DNA of 64,000 nucleotides from Chiloscyllium plagiosum. Taxonomy: Eukaryota. The stretch is from the NCBI RefSeq assembly GCF_004010195.1, contig NC_057719.1, forward strand, positions 67,979,873-68,043,872, in the 5' to 3' direction. Position numbers and translations under genes: made by a program. Positions within the stretch are counted from its first letter, which is position 1, and every line of letters starts with the position of its first letter. Positions 49,323-62,689 of this stretch are shown here, in pieces. The notes under the pieces are model-generated. The model ran no database searches. It was not told the DNA's origin and saw only the letters and a list, made by a program, of their open reading frames with translations.

Positions 49323-50382
49323 GGATTTGCTTTTCAGACTGGAGGCCTGTGACCAGCGGAGTGCCACAGGGTTTGGTGGTGGGTCCACTATTTTCCATCA
49401 TTTATATAAATGATTTGGATATGAACATAGGGGGTACAGTTAGTAAGTTTGCAGATGACACCAAAATTGGAAGTATAGTGGACAGCAAAGAAGATTACCT
49501 CAAATTACAACGGGACCTTGATCAGATGGGCTAATGGGTTGAGGAGTAGCAGATGGAGTTTAATTTCGATAAATGTGAGGTGCTGCATTTTGGAAAAGCA
49601 AATCAGAGCAGGATCTATACACTTAATGGTAAGGTCTGAGGGAGTGTTGCTTAACAAAGAGAACTTGGAGTGCAAGCTCATAGCTCCTTAAAAGTAGAGC
49701 ATAGAGAAAGGTAGGTAGGATAGTGAAAGCGGTGTTTGGTATGCTTTCCTTTATCGGTCAGTGCACTGAGTGTAGGAGTTGGGAGGTCATATTGCGGCTG
49801 TACAGGACATTGGTTAGGTGACTTTTGGAATATTGTGTGCAATTCTGGTCTCCTTCCTATTGGAAGGATGTTGTGAAACTTGAAAGGGTTCAGAAAAGAT
49901 TTACAAAGGTGTTGCCAGGGTTGGAGGATTTTGAGCTAAATGGAGAGACTGAATAGGCTGGGCCTGTTTTCCTTGGAGCATCAGAGGCTGAGGGGTGACC
50001 TTATTGAGGTTTATAAAATCATGATGGGCATGGATTGGATAAATAGACAAAGAATTTTCCCAGGGGTGGGGGAGTACAGAACTAGAGGGCATAGGTTTAG
50101 GGTGAGAGGGGAAAGATATGAAAGAGACCAAAGTGGCAATCTTTTCATGCAGATGGTGGTGCTTGTACAGAATGAGCTGCCAGAGGAAGTGCTGGAGGCT
50201 GGTACAATAGCAACATTTAAAAGGCATCTGGATGGGTATATGAATAGGAAGGGTTTGGAGGCATATGGGCCAAGTACTGGGAAACAGCACAAGATTAGGT
50301 TGGGATATCTGGTCAGCGTGGACAAGTTGGCATGAAGGGTCTGCTTACATGCTATACATCTCTTTGACTATGACTCTATGAT
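49323..50382 (+). mobile_element. CR1-type LINE, 5'-truncated, RT C-terminal half with in-frame stops
   Basis: SDWRPVTSGVPQGLVVGPLFSIIYINDLD...[35 protein letters not shown]; short-repeat tail ctatgactctatga. Confidence 0.95.
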
Positions 50383-51639
50383 TTGAAAATAATAGGATAA
50401 GTTTTCAAAATTGAGGTGTTGCTTGTTAGATTCCCTTATCACAGCTAAGTAAGTAGATTTAAGTTTTGTGTGTGGATCATCACTGAAGATATAAGAAAGC
50501 TGGATGTTGAGGAAAAGCAATTATGTTCCTTTTACCTGGTCTGCTGAACTTGATTCCAGCAAATAAGATCTGAATAAGCTTCTGTGATGTGCAATAGGTA
50601 GAGCAGGATAGGGTTTGCCAATATTCATGTTGGATGTGATATATTACTCACTGTAGTGTCCTTATTTATGTGACCCGATTAAAAGGTCTTTGATCTTTGG
50701 ACTGGCTTCTGCTCATGCAGAGTTTTATGTCTTAAACTCTGCTTTGTTGAAAGCCATGTCCATTTAACATTCATGATGAACGATGCTTATAGATTCATAT
50801 AAACAACTGGGGTTCACTAAGTCGACTGTATACAAATTTCCTGTATCTTGATATACAATTACTTTGAAGCATGTTTAATGACTAATGCACAGGGATCTAC
50901 AGACAGACTGGTGGTTACATATTTCAGCATTAGTCCTTAAAATTGGCCTGAAATGCTGACAAAACATGTATTTAGGAAACCATTTCCAAAATCTATTCCA
51001 ACAGAGAACATGAATTTCTAGCAGTTTAACTCAAATGCCCTGTATGACAAATGTTGCGCTCATATTATTTATAACGCGAGTGTTTTTTAGGTTGACCTTA
51101 AACAGCAACAATTTTATTGTTATATCGTGCCTAAAACCTAAAACTATCCCCAGCATTTTGCAAATGACCACAATGAAAAGAGGTAAGGGAAAAGGACCAA
51201 AAGTAAGGGTGACTAGAGGATGCAAGGGTGAAGACATTGTAGCAAATGGGTAGGGTGAAACCACAAAATGATTTATGACTTGAATCTTGTATTAAATATG
51301 CGGGAAAAGGAGCCAAAGTAAGTCAAAAAGGGTGATAGGGAAGTCAGAGTTTAAATATGATTTTAAGAAAATTGGGAAGTGAATATATCCTAAAATGGAT
51401 GGGCATTAAAATGAAGTGTTTCTCAACTTCGAAAGGCTATTAATAAAGTATGATTCTTTTACCCAGTAGGAGCTGTATCTATCAGGGATAGTAATTGCCC
51501 AAAAAGGATAGAGTTGAGGGAAGTGAGCAGCTAATTGCAGGAAGAGAGTGACGTTGAGGGGGTGGTTCATCAGTTTTAGTTGGCAGCCTCTTAGAGGAAA
51601 ATAGAATCACATTCTTAAACATTGTATTCATAGAGACAA

Positions 51640-52470
51640 GGCAATGGTTGCCGCAATATAAAGCAATCATAAAACTGAGACAGGAGAACAGTTATACTGA
51701 TTGCTGGTGTCAATGGAAAGAACTCGATTATAAACTTCCATAAAGCTGGTGCTGTTTACCTTTGAAGAGAGCCCTCGGTGAATTCGTTTTATTGAGGTAC
51801 ATTGATATCAAAATAGAGAAAACAAACCTAAATCAATACTTTCAAATAAGCTGGGGCAAGACAGTACAGACTCAGTGCTGTGAAGGTAAGCAACAGGAAG
51901 AGATGATGATTAACATTGCAATAGGTTGCACATATGGGTGAAATATCCAACAACTCAAATGATTAAAACCATTTAAAAAGAGCAAATGAAAAGCTGGCAC
52001 TATGGTTTGAGGAGGTATGTGATAATTAAGATATACAGATCATAACAATTAATGTAATGTATGCACTTTGGGTTCCACACTATAGGGGAGATGTTGAGGG
52101 GACAGTGAGAGTATAGCACAGATTTATGAGGTGTCGCCTGATATAAGGAAATGCCAATGTGAAGACAGCCTTGAAAATTTGAACTTCTTTTATTTAAGCA
52201 TAGAACATTATTTTGTTTATTTATAAGATTGAAGAAAAGAACAAACCACAAACAGCAAATAAGCCTTGCTTCAATTGTACGGAACACATGTGAGACTGTA
52301 CCTCGAGTATTATGTACAGTTCTGGTTCACTTGCTGGAGAAAAGATATACATGCTATCGAGGATATACTTACTGTTGAGGGAGTGCAGCAGAAGATCACC
52401 AGACTGATTCCTGGAATGGCGAGACTGTTTTATGAGGAGAGATTGGGAAGATTAGACCTGTATTCTCAAG
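51640..52470 (+). mobile_element. Decayed CR1 fragments
   Basis: ORF 52266-52541 LQLYGTHVRLYLEYYVQFW...EGVQQKITRLIPGMARLFYEERLGRLDLYS. Confidence 0.7.
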
Positions 52471-52479
52471 GATGGTGCA

Positions 52480-54125
52480 GGGAGGGGTACTTGCCTTTGC
52501 AGTATCCAGTGTCTTCCGTCATGTTTTTTGATATCAGGTGAATTGAATTGAATTGGCATAATACTGGCATCGGTGATCCTGGGGACCTCCAGACCAGCCC
52601 AAGACTGATCATCCACTTTTTGCACTTCTGGCTGAAGGTTGTTTCAAATGCCCTACTTTTTGCACTAATGTTGAGGATGGGGATATTTGTGGACCCTTCA
52701 CCTCTTCCTGATAAATGTTCAATTGTCCTGCTGGATGTGTTAGAACTGTAGAGCACAGATATAATTTATTGGGTGTGGAATAACAGCATTGTCTATTGTA
52801 GGCTGCATCTGCTGCTTGATATGCAATTAGTCCTGTGTTATACCTTCACCAGGCTGACATGTGGTTTTTAGATTAGTTTTTATGTACTGCTCTTGGCATG
52901 TCCTCCTGCACTCTTCATTGAATCAGGGCTCATCCCTGCTGACTTAATGGTAATGTTGTGCCATGTGGTTATAGGTTGCAATTGAACATATCCTGCTACT
53001 GCTGATGACCTGCAGAGACTCATAGACATCCAGTTTTCAGTTGCTAGATCTATTCAACATCTATCCTATTTAGCAGGGTGATCATGTTATTTAGTACAAT
53101 GGACACTAACATCAGTGTAAATTTGACTTTTTCTCCAAAATAAGTGCTCACTGGTCACTCCTGCCAATACCAACAAAGACAGATACACCTGCAACTGTTA
53201 GATTGATGAGAATTCAGTCAAGTAGGTTTTTCCATCTTGTTGGCTCCCTCACCACTGCTACACACCCAGTCTAGCAGATGTATCCTTTGGATTTGGTCAG
53301 CTTGGTCAATAATGGTGTTAGCAAGTCACTCTTGGTGATGGGCTTTGAAGTTATCCACCAGAATATGCCACCCTCAATGCACCTTTTAATTGGTGATTAA
53401 TGTGGAATGAGAACAAATCCATCATCAGGGCAGTTGTTGAGAATCAGCAGGAGCTTCACTTGCCTCTTAACCTAATGCCATGACATTTCATGGAGTATAG
53501 AGTCAATTTTGAGGACTTCCAGTGCTACCTCCTCCTGACTGTAAACTAGGTGTGCTGTCGCCTATAGAAAGTCAGTGAAACGGAGCATGGCCAAGGATGG
53601 TGATGGTGATATCAAAGATATTATCTGTGAGGTATCATTTAGTGAGTAAGGAAATATATCAGGATGTTGATTGACCAGACTGTGGGATAGCTTTCCCAAT
53701 AATTGCACAAGCTCCAAGATGTTAGTAAGGATGGCTTTAAACAATCAATAAGACTAGCTTTAATATTATCATTTCTTGTGCCTCGGTAGATGCTGGACAG
53801 TTAGTTCAGTTTCATTCCTTTTAGTGATACTGAATGGCCTCCGTGGCTATTTCAGAAGATGTTTAGGTATCAACCACATTGCTGTGGTTGTCGGAATTAC
53901 ATGTAGGCCAGATTAGGTAAGGATGGCAGATTTCCTTCTCTGAAAGGAATTTGTGAATCAAATGGGTTTACCCACAACTTTGTGGTTGCAATTAGGCTAG
54001 ATTTAAATTCCAGATTTATAAATTGATATCAAACTCCATCATTGTGAGATTTGAACCTACGCCACTTGAGAATTGGCTGGACCGCCAGATCACTAGCCTG
54101 ATGACATTACAACTCTACTACCATT
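52480..54125 (-). mobile_element. Decayed non-LTR LINE, 5' part (APE endonuclease region with tRNA-like head)
   Basis: The minus strand starts tggtagtagagttgtaatgtcatcaggctagtgatc...ggttcaaatctcac (as at 16790-17150) and includes an RWKNLLD.ILINL.VA..S-like endonuclease end at ~53180-53240. Clade uncertain. Confidence 0.6.
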
Positions 54126-54446
54126 ACCTGTTTAAGAATAGGCAATGGAGGTAAAGGGGAGTGGGGAGGTATGAGGAACAGAATGACCACAAGGAATTAA
54201 GACTTTTGTTTTAAGATAAACACTAAGATTGATCAACATGATATAACGTGTTTCAGTGTTGTAATTCGTGAGTAACCTTAGGTGTCCTCAAACTTTATTT
54301 TCCACTGAAAGGCAATGAAGAAAGTAAGTTTGTCTCACTTTTATTCTATATGAACTGGACTCCCCGTTCTCTCCTTTATTCAACACTGATGCTTTCCCTT
54401 TAGGAGTTTTGCTGGATTTTTTAGCATTTCAATGATCTGTGCACAT

Positions 54447-54735
54447 AGATTAGATTCCCTACAGTGTGGAAACAGGCCCTTCGGCCCAACAAGTCCACAC
54501 CGACCCTCCGAAGAGTAACCTATCCAGACCCATTTCCCTCTAACTAATGCACCTAACATTATGGGCTATTTAGCATGGCCATCTTTGGACTGTAGGAGGA
54601 AACCGGAGCACCTGGAGGAAACCCACGCAGGCATGGGGAGAATGTGCAAATTCCACACAGACAGTCGCCAAATTGAACCCAGGACCTGGCGCTATGAGGC
54701 AGCAGTGCTAACCACTGAGTCCCTGTGCTACCCCG
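54447..54735 (-). mobile_element. HE1-type SINE
   Basis: tagattagattccctacagtgtggaaacaggcccttcggcccaac...gaggcagcagtgctaaccactgag. Confidence 0.9.
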
Positions 54736-56220
54736 TGACAATCATTGGTCATGATGTAGGTTGTAAAATCTACCTTAAATAAATATCTGCATCACTACTG
54801 TTTATAATTTGTTACTTGCTGTTTTTGTCAATGGCTTACATTTTAAAAAAATCTTAAGGATCATAATTTTACACACAGAAGAAATCAGACATAATGTAGT
54901 TAAAATATTTTGCTTCTTTCAGTAGAATAATTAGCAGGATACTTTTAAAAGGATATGGTCATATGAAGTGCATAATATGGCTATTATCATTTCTTTTCAA
55001 AACAATATAAACAAAAATAGCAACAAGAAGTATTTCACACGGAATAGAGCTTCTATAAATAGGCTATAAATTGATACCAAATAACAAAGTATGCTGAGCA
55101 TTAAAACTGATTATGGGACCATAAATTATATAAAATAAGAGAGCATGAGAAGAGGTTTTGGTATCTTGGATTTCTCTGCTCGGATTGTAATTGCCTGGAG
55201 ACAACTGTGTTTAATAATTTTCTGCAGCAATCACAGTTGTTTCCATTTGGAAGGGACAAAGCAATTAGTTAAAAACAACTTTCAGATGTATGAAAGAGTA
55301 AGATTTAGATTTTATACTCAACTTATGATGACTTAGGAAGTTTACTGCAGTTTAACTATTTTAGATTTGATCCAATATTCTGTTGCATTTTATAAATTTT
55401 TATCAAGACAGTCATGTGAAATAGTTTAATGACTTTATGTAACACTATGTCATTTCTGAATTTGCTATGATTCTTGACATCCAACACTTGGTTAAAAGTC
55501 ATGAAATCTGCTGCGGAAATGGCAAGCCTGTCTACATTTCCGTGACGTTACAGCAAATCTAAATATTCTGCAAGTGTGTTGCCCCTGGAAAATGAAACAA
55601 CACATAATGATATGCGACATACTCCAGTTTTGGAGAAGTCACCAATAGTTAATTTGCTGTTTGTATTTGATATGATCATGAAAGAACATCGTATGAACTC
55701 AAAAAAACAAAAAGGACATATCAAATATGAAGACTTTGAAGCAGTGAGGCTTGATCAGTAGATAGTTGGAGCTGCACGATGATTCAAAATTATGCATCAA
55801 AGAATTCGATATGATCCCATTCTCCAGCTGTGAGGGCAGTCAGCCAACTGTTCCAGGCCTCTGTCAATGTCATTCTGTAATATCATTTTAATTAGGGAGG
55901 TTTCCTATCTTTTCATGCCTATATGGATCATTTTCCCTCCCTCCATTCAACCGAAAAAAAATAGGAAGGAAGAAACTCAAAGCTCCACAGAATATTTGTG
56001 GTACTGCGGTAAACTAATTGGAGTTGGAACAGTGGATAATGACAAGCGTGTGACAGAAAGTTTTAAAGCTGCACAACCTACATCAGACATGAAGTAACAC
56101 TTCCAAACTTCCCATTCTCATTGCTCGATCCAAACGTTTTGAGAGTGCTATACTGTGAAACAGAAACACAGTCAATTGCAATAATATTAACTCTGCTCTA
56201 CCACAGTAGCAAATATACTT

Positions 56221-56378
56221 TGGAGGTGCCGGTGTTGGACTGGGGCGTACAAAGTTAAAAATCACACAACACCAGGTTATAGTCCAACAGGTTTAATTGG
56301 AAGCACTAGCTTTCGGAGCACTGCTCCTTCATCAGGTTTGTTGATGAAGGAGCAGCACTCCGATAGCTAGTGCTTCCA
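56221..56378. mobile_element. Penelope-like terminus with inverted partial copy (37-bp arms, 56298-56334 / 56342-56378)
   Basis: tggaagcactagctttcggagcactgctccttcatca versus tgatgaaggagcagcactccgatagctagtgcttcca (34/37 complementary). Minus strand contains CTGATGA-GGAGC/GCTCC-GAAA. Confidence 0.75.
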
Positions 56379-57239
56379 GTAGCAGATATGTTATTGGAGT
56401 GCTGCATTTTCTGGTATACTTTATTAGTTATACACTTTCCCTAACTGTTCAGCTCAAACTTCTGGGAGTACAAGCTGATCAAAGCTCAGCAAAGGCAAGG
56501 GAGCAGCTGAAACAGCAGTGAAACACCTGTCTATGAGCTAACCCAATGAGATTTAAGGAAGAAAGAGGAACTCCAGAGAGTGAATGGGGATGAACCAGAA
56601 TGAAATCAATTACAGAAAAAGAATCAGTGCAAAGGAAATTTTGCTTCCAGACAGATAGAAATACAATTCTCTCCTTATTAATCCTTATTTTGAAAATAAT
56701 TTTCTAACAATTACTACTTGTGGGAGCGAGATTGAGAGTGTGCATTGTTGTTCTGCCGGTTGGAAGAGGTTGAGTTCCACTGCAGGAATATAATTCATGA
56801 TTTCTTCTCCTCAGAATTGCCATGGAAAGGATCAGGGAGGGAAAATAATCAGGTGGGATGGCACCAAGGAAATACTTGTTCCTTGCCAGTCACCCAAGAA
56901 TTAAATTCTGGATGGGAAGGCCCATTGTCAACATTGTTGAGCCAATGAATCAATGCTCAGAAATTATCTGTTAATGAACACGCAAGGGCCATATCACACC
57001 ATCAGCCTAATTAACTGTCTTCCTGGTAGGTGAGATAGTTGACAACCTTACTGACTGCTAAACCAAGGCAGCCTACCTGCTACCTTAGGGGAGATTTGCT
57101 CTAACCTGGGGATAATTGGAAACATGGATAGGGAAGGAGTTGGATTGAGGAGGGTGAATTATGAAAACCATTCTTTAGCCATTGTTTCCAATCTTCCTTT
57201 CCCTGTGATCTGAAAGCCTTCTTCCCCAAAAATATTGCT

Positions 57240-57730
57240 GACTTCCCCACTGCTCTTGGTTTTCCTACTGCGCCTGGTCTTCCTGCTGCTGCTGGTCTTG
57301 AGTATCCATCTTAGTCTCCCACCATTGCTCCTGGTCTCCAGTGATTTTTAAAAAATTCTCTTGTGGGATGTGGGCATCACACAACAGGAGCAGTATATAT
57401 TGCCCATTCCTATTTGTCCCTGCAAAGGTGGTGCTGAGCTGCCTTTCTATGCTGCTGCAGTGCACTTGCCGTAGGTTGACCCACAATGCCATTAGGGAGA
57501 GAATTCCGGGAATTCTGTATGGCAAAAGTGAAGGAACAGTGATATATTTCCAAGTCACAATGGTAGCTGACTTCAAAGGTTCCCACGTATCTGCTACCCC
57601 ACAGCGTTGCTCTGGTCTCCTGTGTTCTCCCTGATCTCCAGCATTGCCCTGGTCTTCACCACAGCCCTTAGTCTACAGTGTTGCCCCTGATCTGCAGCGT
57701 GATATCTGGTCTCTAGCATTGCCTCTGATT
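57240..57730. repeat. Degenerate ~18-19-bp minisatellite (cagcattgccctggtctc-like), interrupted by a LINE 3' end (57345-57575, minus strand)
   Basis: Units such as cattgctcctggtctcc, cgttgctctggtctcc, cattgccctggtcttc and tgttgcccctgatctgc occur on both sides of the insert. Confidence 0.6.
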
Positions 57731-58469
57731 ATTGACCAATCAGCTACAGCAGTTCTTGTGGGGTATCTCTTCATTGCTACAAATTGCTGAATGATTTATA
57801 CTTTAATAACAGCCCACTTTTTACACACAATATTATTTGGCAACAAATGCTCTATAACTGTATCCTTGAGAGAGCACTTTCCACTCTACTGGTATGGCCT
57901 TTTTCTTTTTATTGTGCAAGCAAATGCAATTAGTGACAAATTAATGTTCAGTTTGTGCTTTAGGCACATATTCATTCGGAACAGCACAGAGTTGACATAA
58001 ACTCATTCCAACACAAGACTGTCTCAGTCAGTCAGCAAACTAAGGGTTTGATCCTTTCAGAGTGCTTTCTGAAAAATGTTTCTCACAATGATACCCCCAA
58101 TCAAATAAAAAAAAAATCCATAAGGAACAATGTTAATGAGGGGTATTTAATTAATGACACATTTATTGGGAATGGGGACTGAATCCTCCCTCAATTTAAT
58201 TCAGAGTAAATAGGAAGACTGTTCTCCCACTGACCCCTTATATTTCAATGCTTTGTGCACAGAGATGGGCTCACAATATAGGCACAAGCACAAAGCCAAG
58301 CAGCTTATCATGGTTACCAGCAAGAGGGTGGACCTGTTGATTTATGACTCTGTGCTACATCAATGTTATACCTACAGCATGTACTTGCAAGACAAACACA
58401 CATCTTCAACTAAATGACCACTTCTCAATAGCTAAGGGGAGGAGTCCTTGATCAAGGCAAGGGGGAATG

Positions 58470-59545
58470 TTGTTTGTCAGACCTTAGGCAGCACCTTGCA
58501 AACCAACAAACACATCTAGCTAGAAGGACAGGGGCAGCAAATGCATGGGACCACAACCTCCTTCAAGTTTCTCTCTAAGCCACACACCATCCTAACTTGG
58601 ATCTACACAGTCATTCATAAATGTGAACAGCACTATGGAGAAGTGATGGTGAATTGGTGTATCATCTCAGTGGTACATACTGTTGCATTGTGCATCAGTG
58701 GAGGGAGTAAGTGATGAAGATGGGATATCAATCATGTGCACTGCGATGACCTGGATGGTTTAGAGCTTCCTGAATGCTGTTGGAGCATCCACCTAAGCAA
58801 AGGGGAGTGTTGCATCACACTCCTGACTTGTGCCTTGGACAAGTGGCCAGGCTTTGGGTAGGTAGGAAGTGAGTTACTCACTTCAGGATTCCTAGCCTTT
58901 AATCTGCTGTTCTAAGCATGGCACTTATGTGGCTGCTCCATTTCAGTCTCTGGTCAATGGTGACCATAGGATACTAATAGTGAGTGATTCAGCAATGGTA
59001 ATGCTATTGAATGGCAAGGGGTATTTTATTTTGTTGGAGATAGTGACTGGCTGGTACTTGTGTTGGAACAAATGTTACCTCCAAGTCACATGGACACTTA
59101 CTGTTTCTGTACCTGAGGAGTCATGAATAGTGCTGAACAGTGTGTAAACATCAACTAATATCTCCACATCTAATGATGGAAGGAAGTTCATTGGTGAAAC
59201 TGAAGATGGCCACTCAGGACACTGCCCTGAGGAACTACTGCAGAAATGTCCTGGTGCTGTGATGATTAACCTCCAATGACCACAAGCATCTTCCTTTGTG
59301 CTAAGTATGACTCCATACAATGGAGAACTTGCCCCAGATTCCCACTGACTCCTGGTTTTGCTAAGGCTCCTTGATGGCACATTTGGTCAAACAATGCCTT
59401 GATGTCAAAGCACATCACTGTCAACTCCACGTTAAAACCCAGGCAGTAATACCACCAGGAACAGAATGGCCTTCGCAGAACCTTAATTAAGAAGCAGTGA
59501 GCAAATTATTCCTTTGCACAGCCACTCGATAGCACTGTTGATTTC
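58470..59545 (-). mobile_element. Decayed non-LTR LINE RT region
   Basis: The minus strand reads ctttgacatcaaggcattgtttgaccaaatgtgccatcaagga (LDIK..FD.V.HQG) and gttcctcagggcagtgtcctga (VPQGSVL). ORF 59075-59380 keeps TLFSTIHDSS.TE.V. Confidence 0.7.
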
Positions 59546-61041
59546 TTTACAAGCAACTGATTGATGAAAATTTATGGGACTACACCACACGGTATAATAT
59601 TGAGCTCGTAAAGTTCAAGCTTTGACACAGGTATGCAAAGCAATAGCATGGAGGTGAGAGCAAGGAGGAGTATAATATTATGGGAAACTTGGCCCATATC
59701 TCATGTGGTAGGTTTAATGGTTACTACTTAAAATAACCACATCAACAGTCACAGGTTTATTGGCAAGGCAGAGTATACTATATGCAAACATATTGCTCCA
59801 AACAATCCACATGTTTTTGAAATATGGAAATGTACTCATTTATTGGATATGCATACACTTATTGGAAAGATACACTGAATCTCCAAATAATTATATTAAT
59901 ATTTCCACAATGACATTATTTAAGGTAAAAAAAAAAGATTTGAAATAAAAAGGCTGTAATTGTATCTACTTGAAATCATTTAAATATTCAATGGATTGGA
60001 ATTTTGAAGAGATTTGCTTTCAGTTTCAAAAGCTTTGGTTTGTATCGCACACTACTCCTGTAAATATTGCAAAGGAAAGTTTGACTTGCTCTCTATCTTT
60101 GCTTTCAATTCTTATTCCCGGATTTTCATTATTTTCCATTAATTGAAAGGTTCTAATCACTCAACACGTTTATCTATTAAGCGACTGAGTTGCATCCATC
60201 ACACTCTATAACCTACATCCTAGATTTGTGTCAGGGTAGGGGAAATCAGCCATGGGTTTCCTATTTCTCTGTTTCCAGAAGTCAGACCAGGCTTGGATCC
60301 AGCTATGACACAGCCCAGTCAACTGGAAAGGCCACAATTGATGCTGAAAAAGGAATAATGTCCTCTCGGGTGAGCGACTTGGGGACACTCATTTCAATAT
60401 CTTTGAGAGAATGAAAGGAAGAAAACAGAGAGAAAACATTGCAAAATAGAGATAAAAACATAAATTGCTGGGAAAGCTGAACAGGTCTGGCAGCATCTGT
60501 GGAGAGAAATCAGAGTTAATGTTTCAGGTCGAGTGATCTTACCTCAGAGCTCACAGGTGCAGCCAAATGATGAGCTTTCCCAGCAATTTCTGCTTTACTT
60601 TCTGATTTACAGCATCTGCAGTTCTTTCAGAACTTTTTCTTTTCTTTACCTAAAATTCCTCAAAAAAGGAACAACCTGTTACAGCCATAAGGTTTTCCCC
60701 ATCCTCCATCTTGGATTACCTCCAGTCCTAACCTGAGGAGATTCTAATCTCCTGGTTTTTATATTTTTTTCTATATTTTTGTGTAGGACACAGTGAAAGA
60801 CAAAGGGTGTACACATCTTTATTCAATTTCCACTACCAGGAAGAAAGAAAACACCAAGGGGGCCAGTGACAAGCAGTGCCCTTCTCAGAGGCATCGCTGT
60901 GAGACTTTCAACATTTATTTTGTGAAACAGACATAATTTACTACTACATTAAAGTTTCATGTTGACCCTAGTTGCTGTTTATATTAATTTCATATTTAGA
61001 CAATAGCAGGATCAATAAAAACTGAAACAAACTGAACTCCC

Positions 61042-61333
61042 TTAGAATCATACGCTGTACAGCTTGGAAACCGATCCTTAAATCCAACTGGTTCATGCCA
61101 TTCACGTATCCTAAATAAATCTAGTCCCATTTTCCAGTATTTCCCTCTAAACCCTTCCTATTTATATACCCATCCAGATGCCTTTTAAATGTAATTGTAC
61201 CAGCCTCCACCACTTCCTCTGGCAGCTCATTTCAAGTATGCACCACTAAGGGCATGAAAAAGTTGCCCTTAGATCCCTTTTAAATCTTTCCCCTTTCATC
61301 TTAAACCTATGCCCTCTAGTTTTGGACTCACCA
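61042..61333 (-). mobile_element. CR1-type LINE 3' tail
   Basis: Closely similar to 47137-47450 (aattgtaccagcctccaccacttcctctggcagct). Confidence 0.88.
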
Positions 61334-62689
61334 ATCCCTTCTTAAAATGTATTTTATCATTTACAGTTACTACTTAAAAGACTGGAGTCTTAAGAATGCT
61401 TTTTCATCATGGTTCGACAGAGTAGATACAGTTCTCACAGCTCTAAAAAGAAGCTAACACAGCAAACAGATATCAGAAAGAGTTAAATTATCATAAATTC
61501 TGGGCTTAAAATAAATCAATGCCTACAAAGATGACAGATCATCTCTTTGGTTACCTTGTCCCATTCGTTATGCCTTACTGGGGTAGCACACTGATGAAGT
61601 TCCACTCGTCCCAGGGTTGGCAAAAAAAAAGACTTTATAAAAGCACAGAGTATTTTCCAATGTACCTGTCTTTTGGACTGAGATTGACAGAAAGCACAGT
61701 CTGGGTTTCTGTGTTTAACAAGATTATTACAATTAAATACATTCTAGCTACAGATCCGCAAATATAAATTGTTGACATATAACTTTACCAAGTTAAAACT
61801 TCAATCCCTTCCCTTACAAACACTTCCTACAAATACATACAAACAACAAAAATAACACAGATGTGATGGATACAGGAAAGCCTGACAAGACAATTCACAG
61901 GATTTGCTGCAAAGGTTCATTTGGCTCATCAGGATTGAGTGTGGGGTTCTGGTAGCTTCTCCTGAACATTCACATCCTCAAGCTCCAACATAATTGTTGG
62001 AAGTCAAAAGGCCTTTGTCATTGATGGCTGATCAACAGATCAATCAGCTACTGTTGCTAGCTAAATCTTCATCCATACATACCTGAGCTCCAACCTATCT
62101 GTAACCAGCTGTGTAGACATTACTAATAACGAGTATCAGGTTTCTTGGTTTGAGAAAGTGTAACAATCTTTGTTTTTTTTTAAAAGAAAACAAGTTCGTT
62201 TCCCATTTCAGTCCACAATCAAAAATACAGAACAATATTAAGATACAGTTTTTACATAATACAAAATACAAACCAAAAGAATTGAGGATGCTGGAAATCA
62301 AAACCAAAAGTAGAAAATGCTGGAAAAAACTCATCAGGTCACACAACATCTGTGGAGAGAAAGAAGAGTTAATGATTTGGGATCAGTGATCTGTCATCAT
62401 GTTCTTCAGGAGTTGAACCATTAACTTTGATCTCTCTTCACAGATGCTGCCCGACATGCTAAGTTTTTCTAGCAATTTCTCAGATTGTTATGGTTTTTAA
62501 ATGTCTTCATCCTTAAAACAGAGAAACACAATTTCAAAAATGTGTTTCATAACAAAATATGTGATACACAAACGACAAAATTTATATCCATTCATCCTTC
62601 CCCATCTTTAAAGAACCTTATACAATTTGGACTTTTTTTTTTAAGATTAGATAATTCTTAAACCTTTAATTTACTCCCACATTTTACAG

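Noticed and set aside
47137..50382. Inverted CR1 pair as a functional structure
   Set aside because: Two independent insertions of an abundant family ~15 kb past the poly(A) site, with no evidence of transcription.
57240..57730. Regularly spaced short repeats as CRISPR
   Set aside because: Degenerate minisatellite without unique spacers in a eukaryotic locus; no cas genes.
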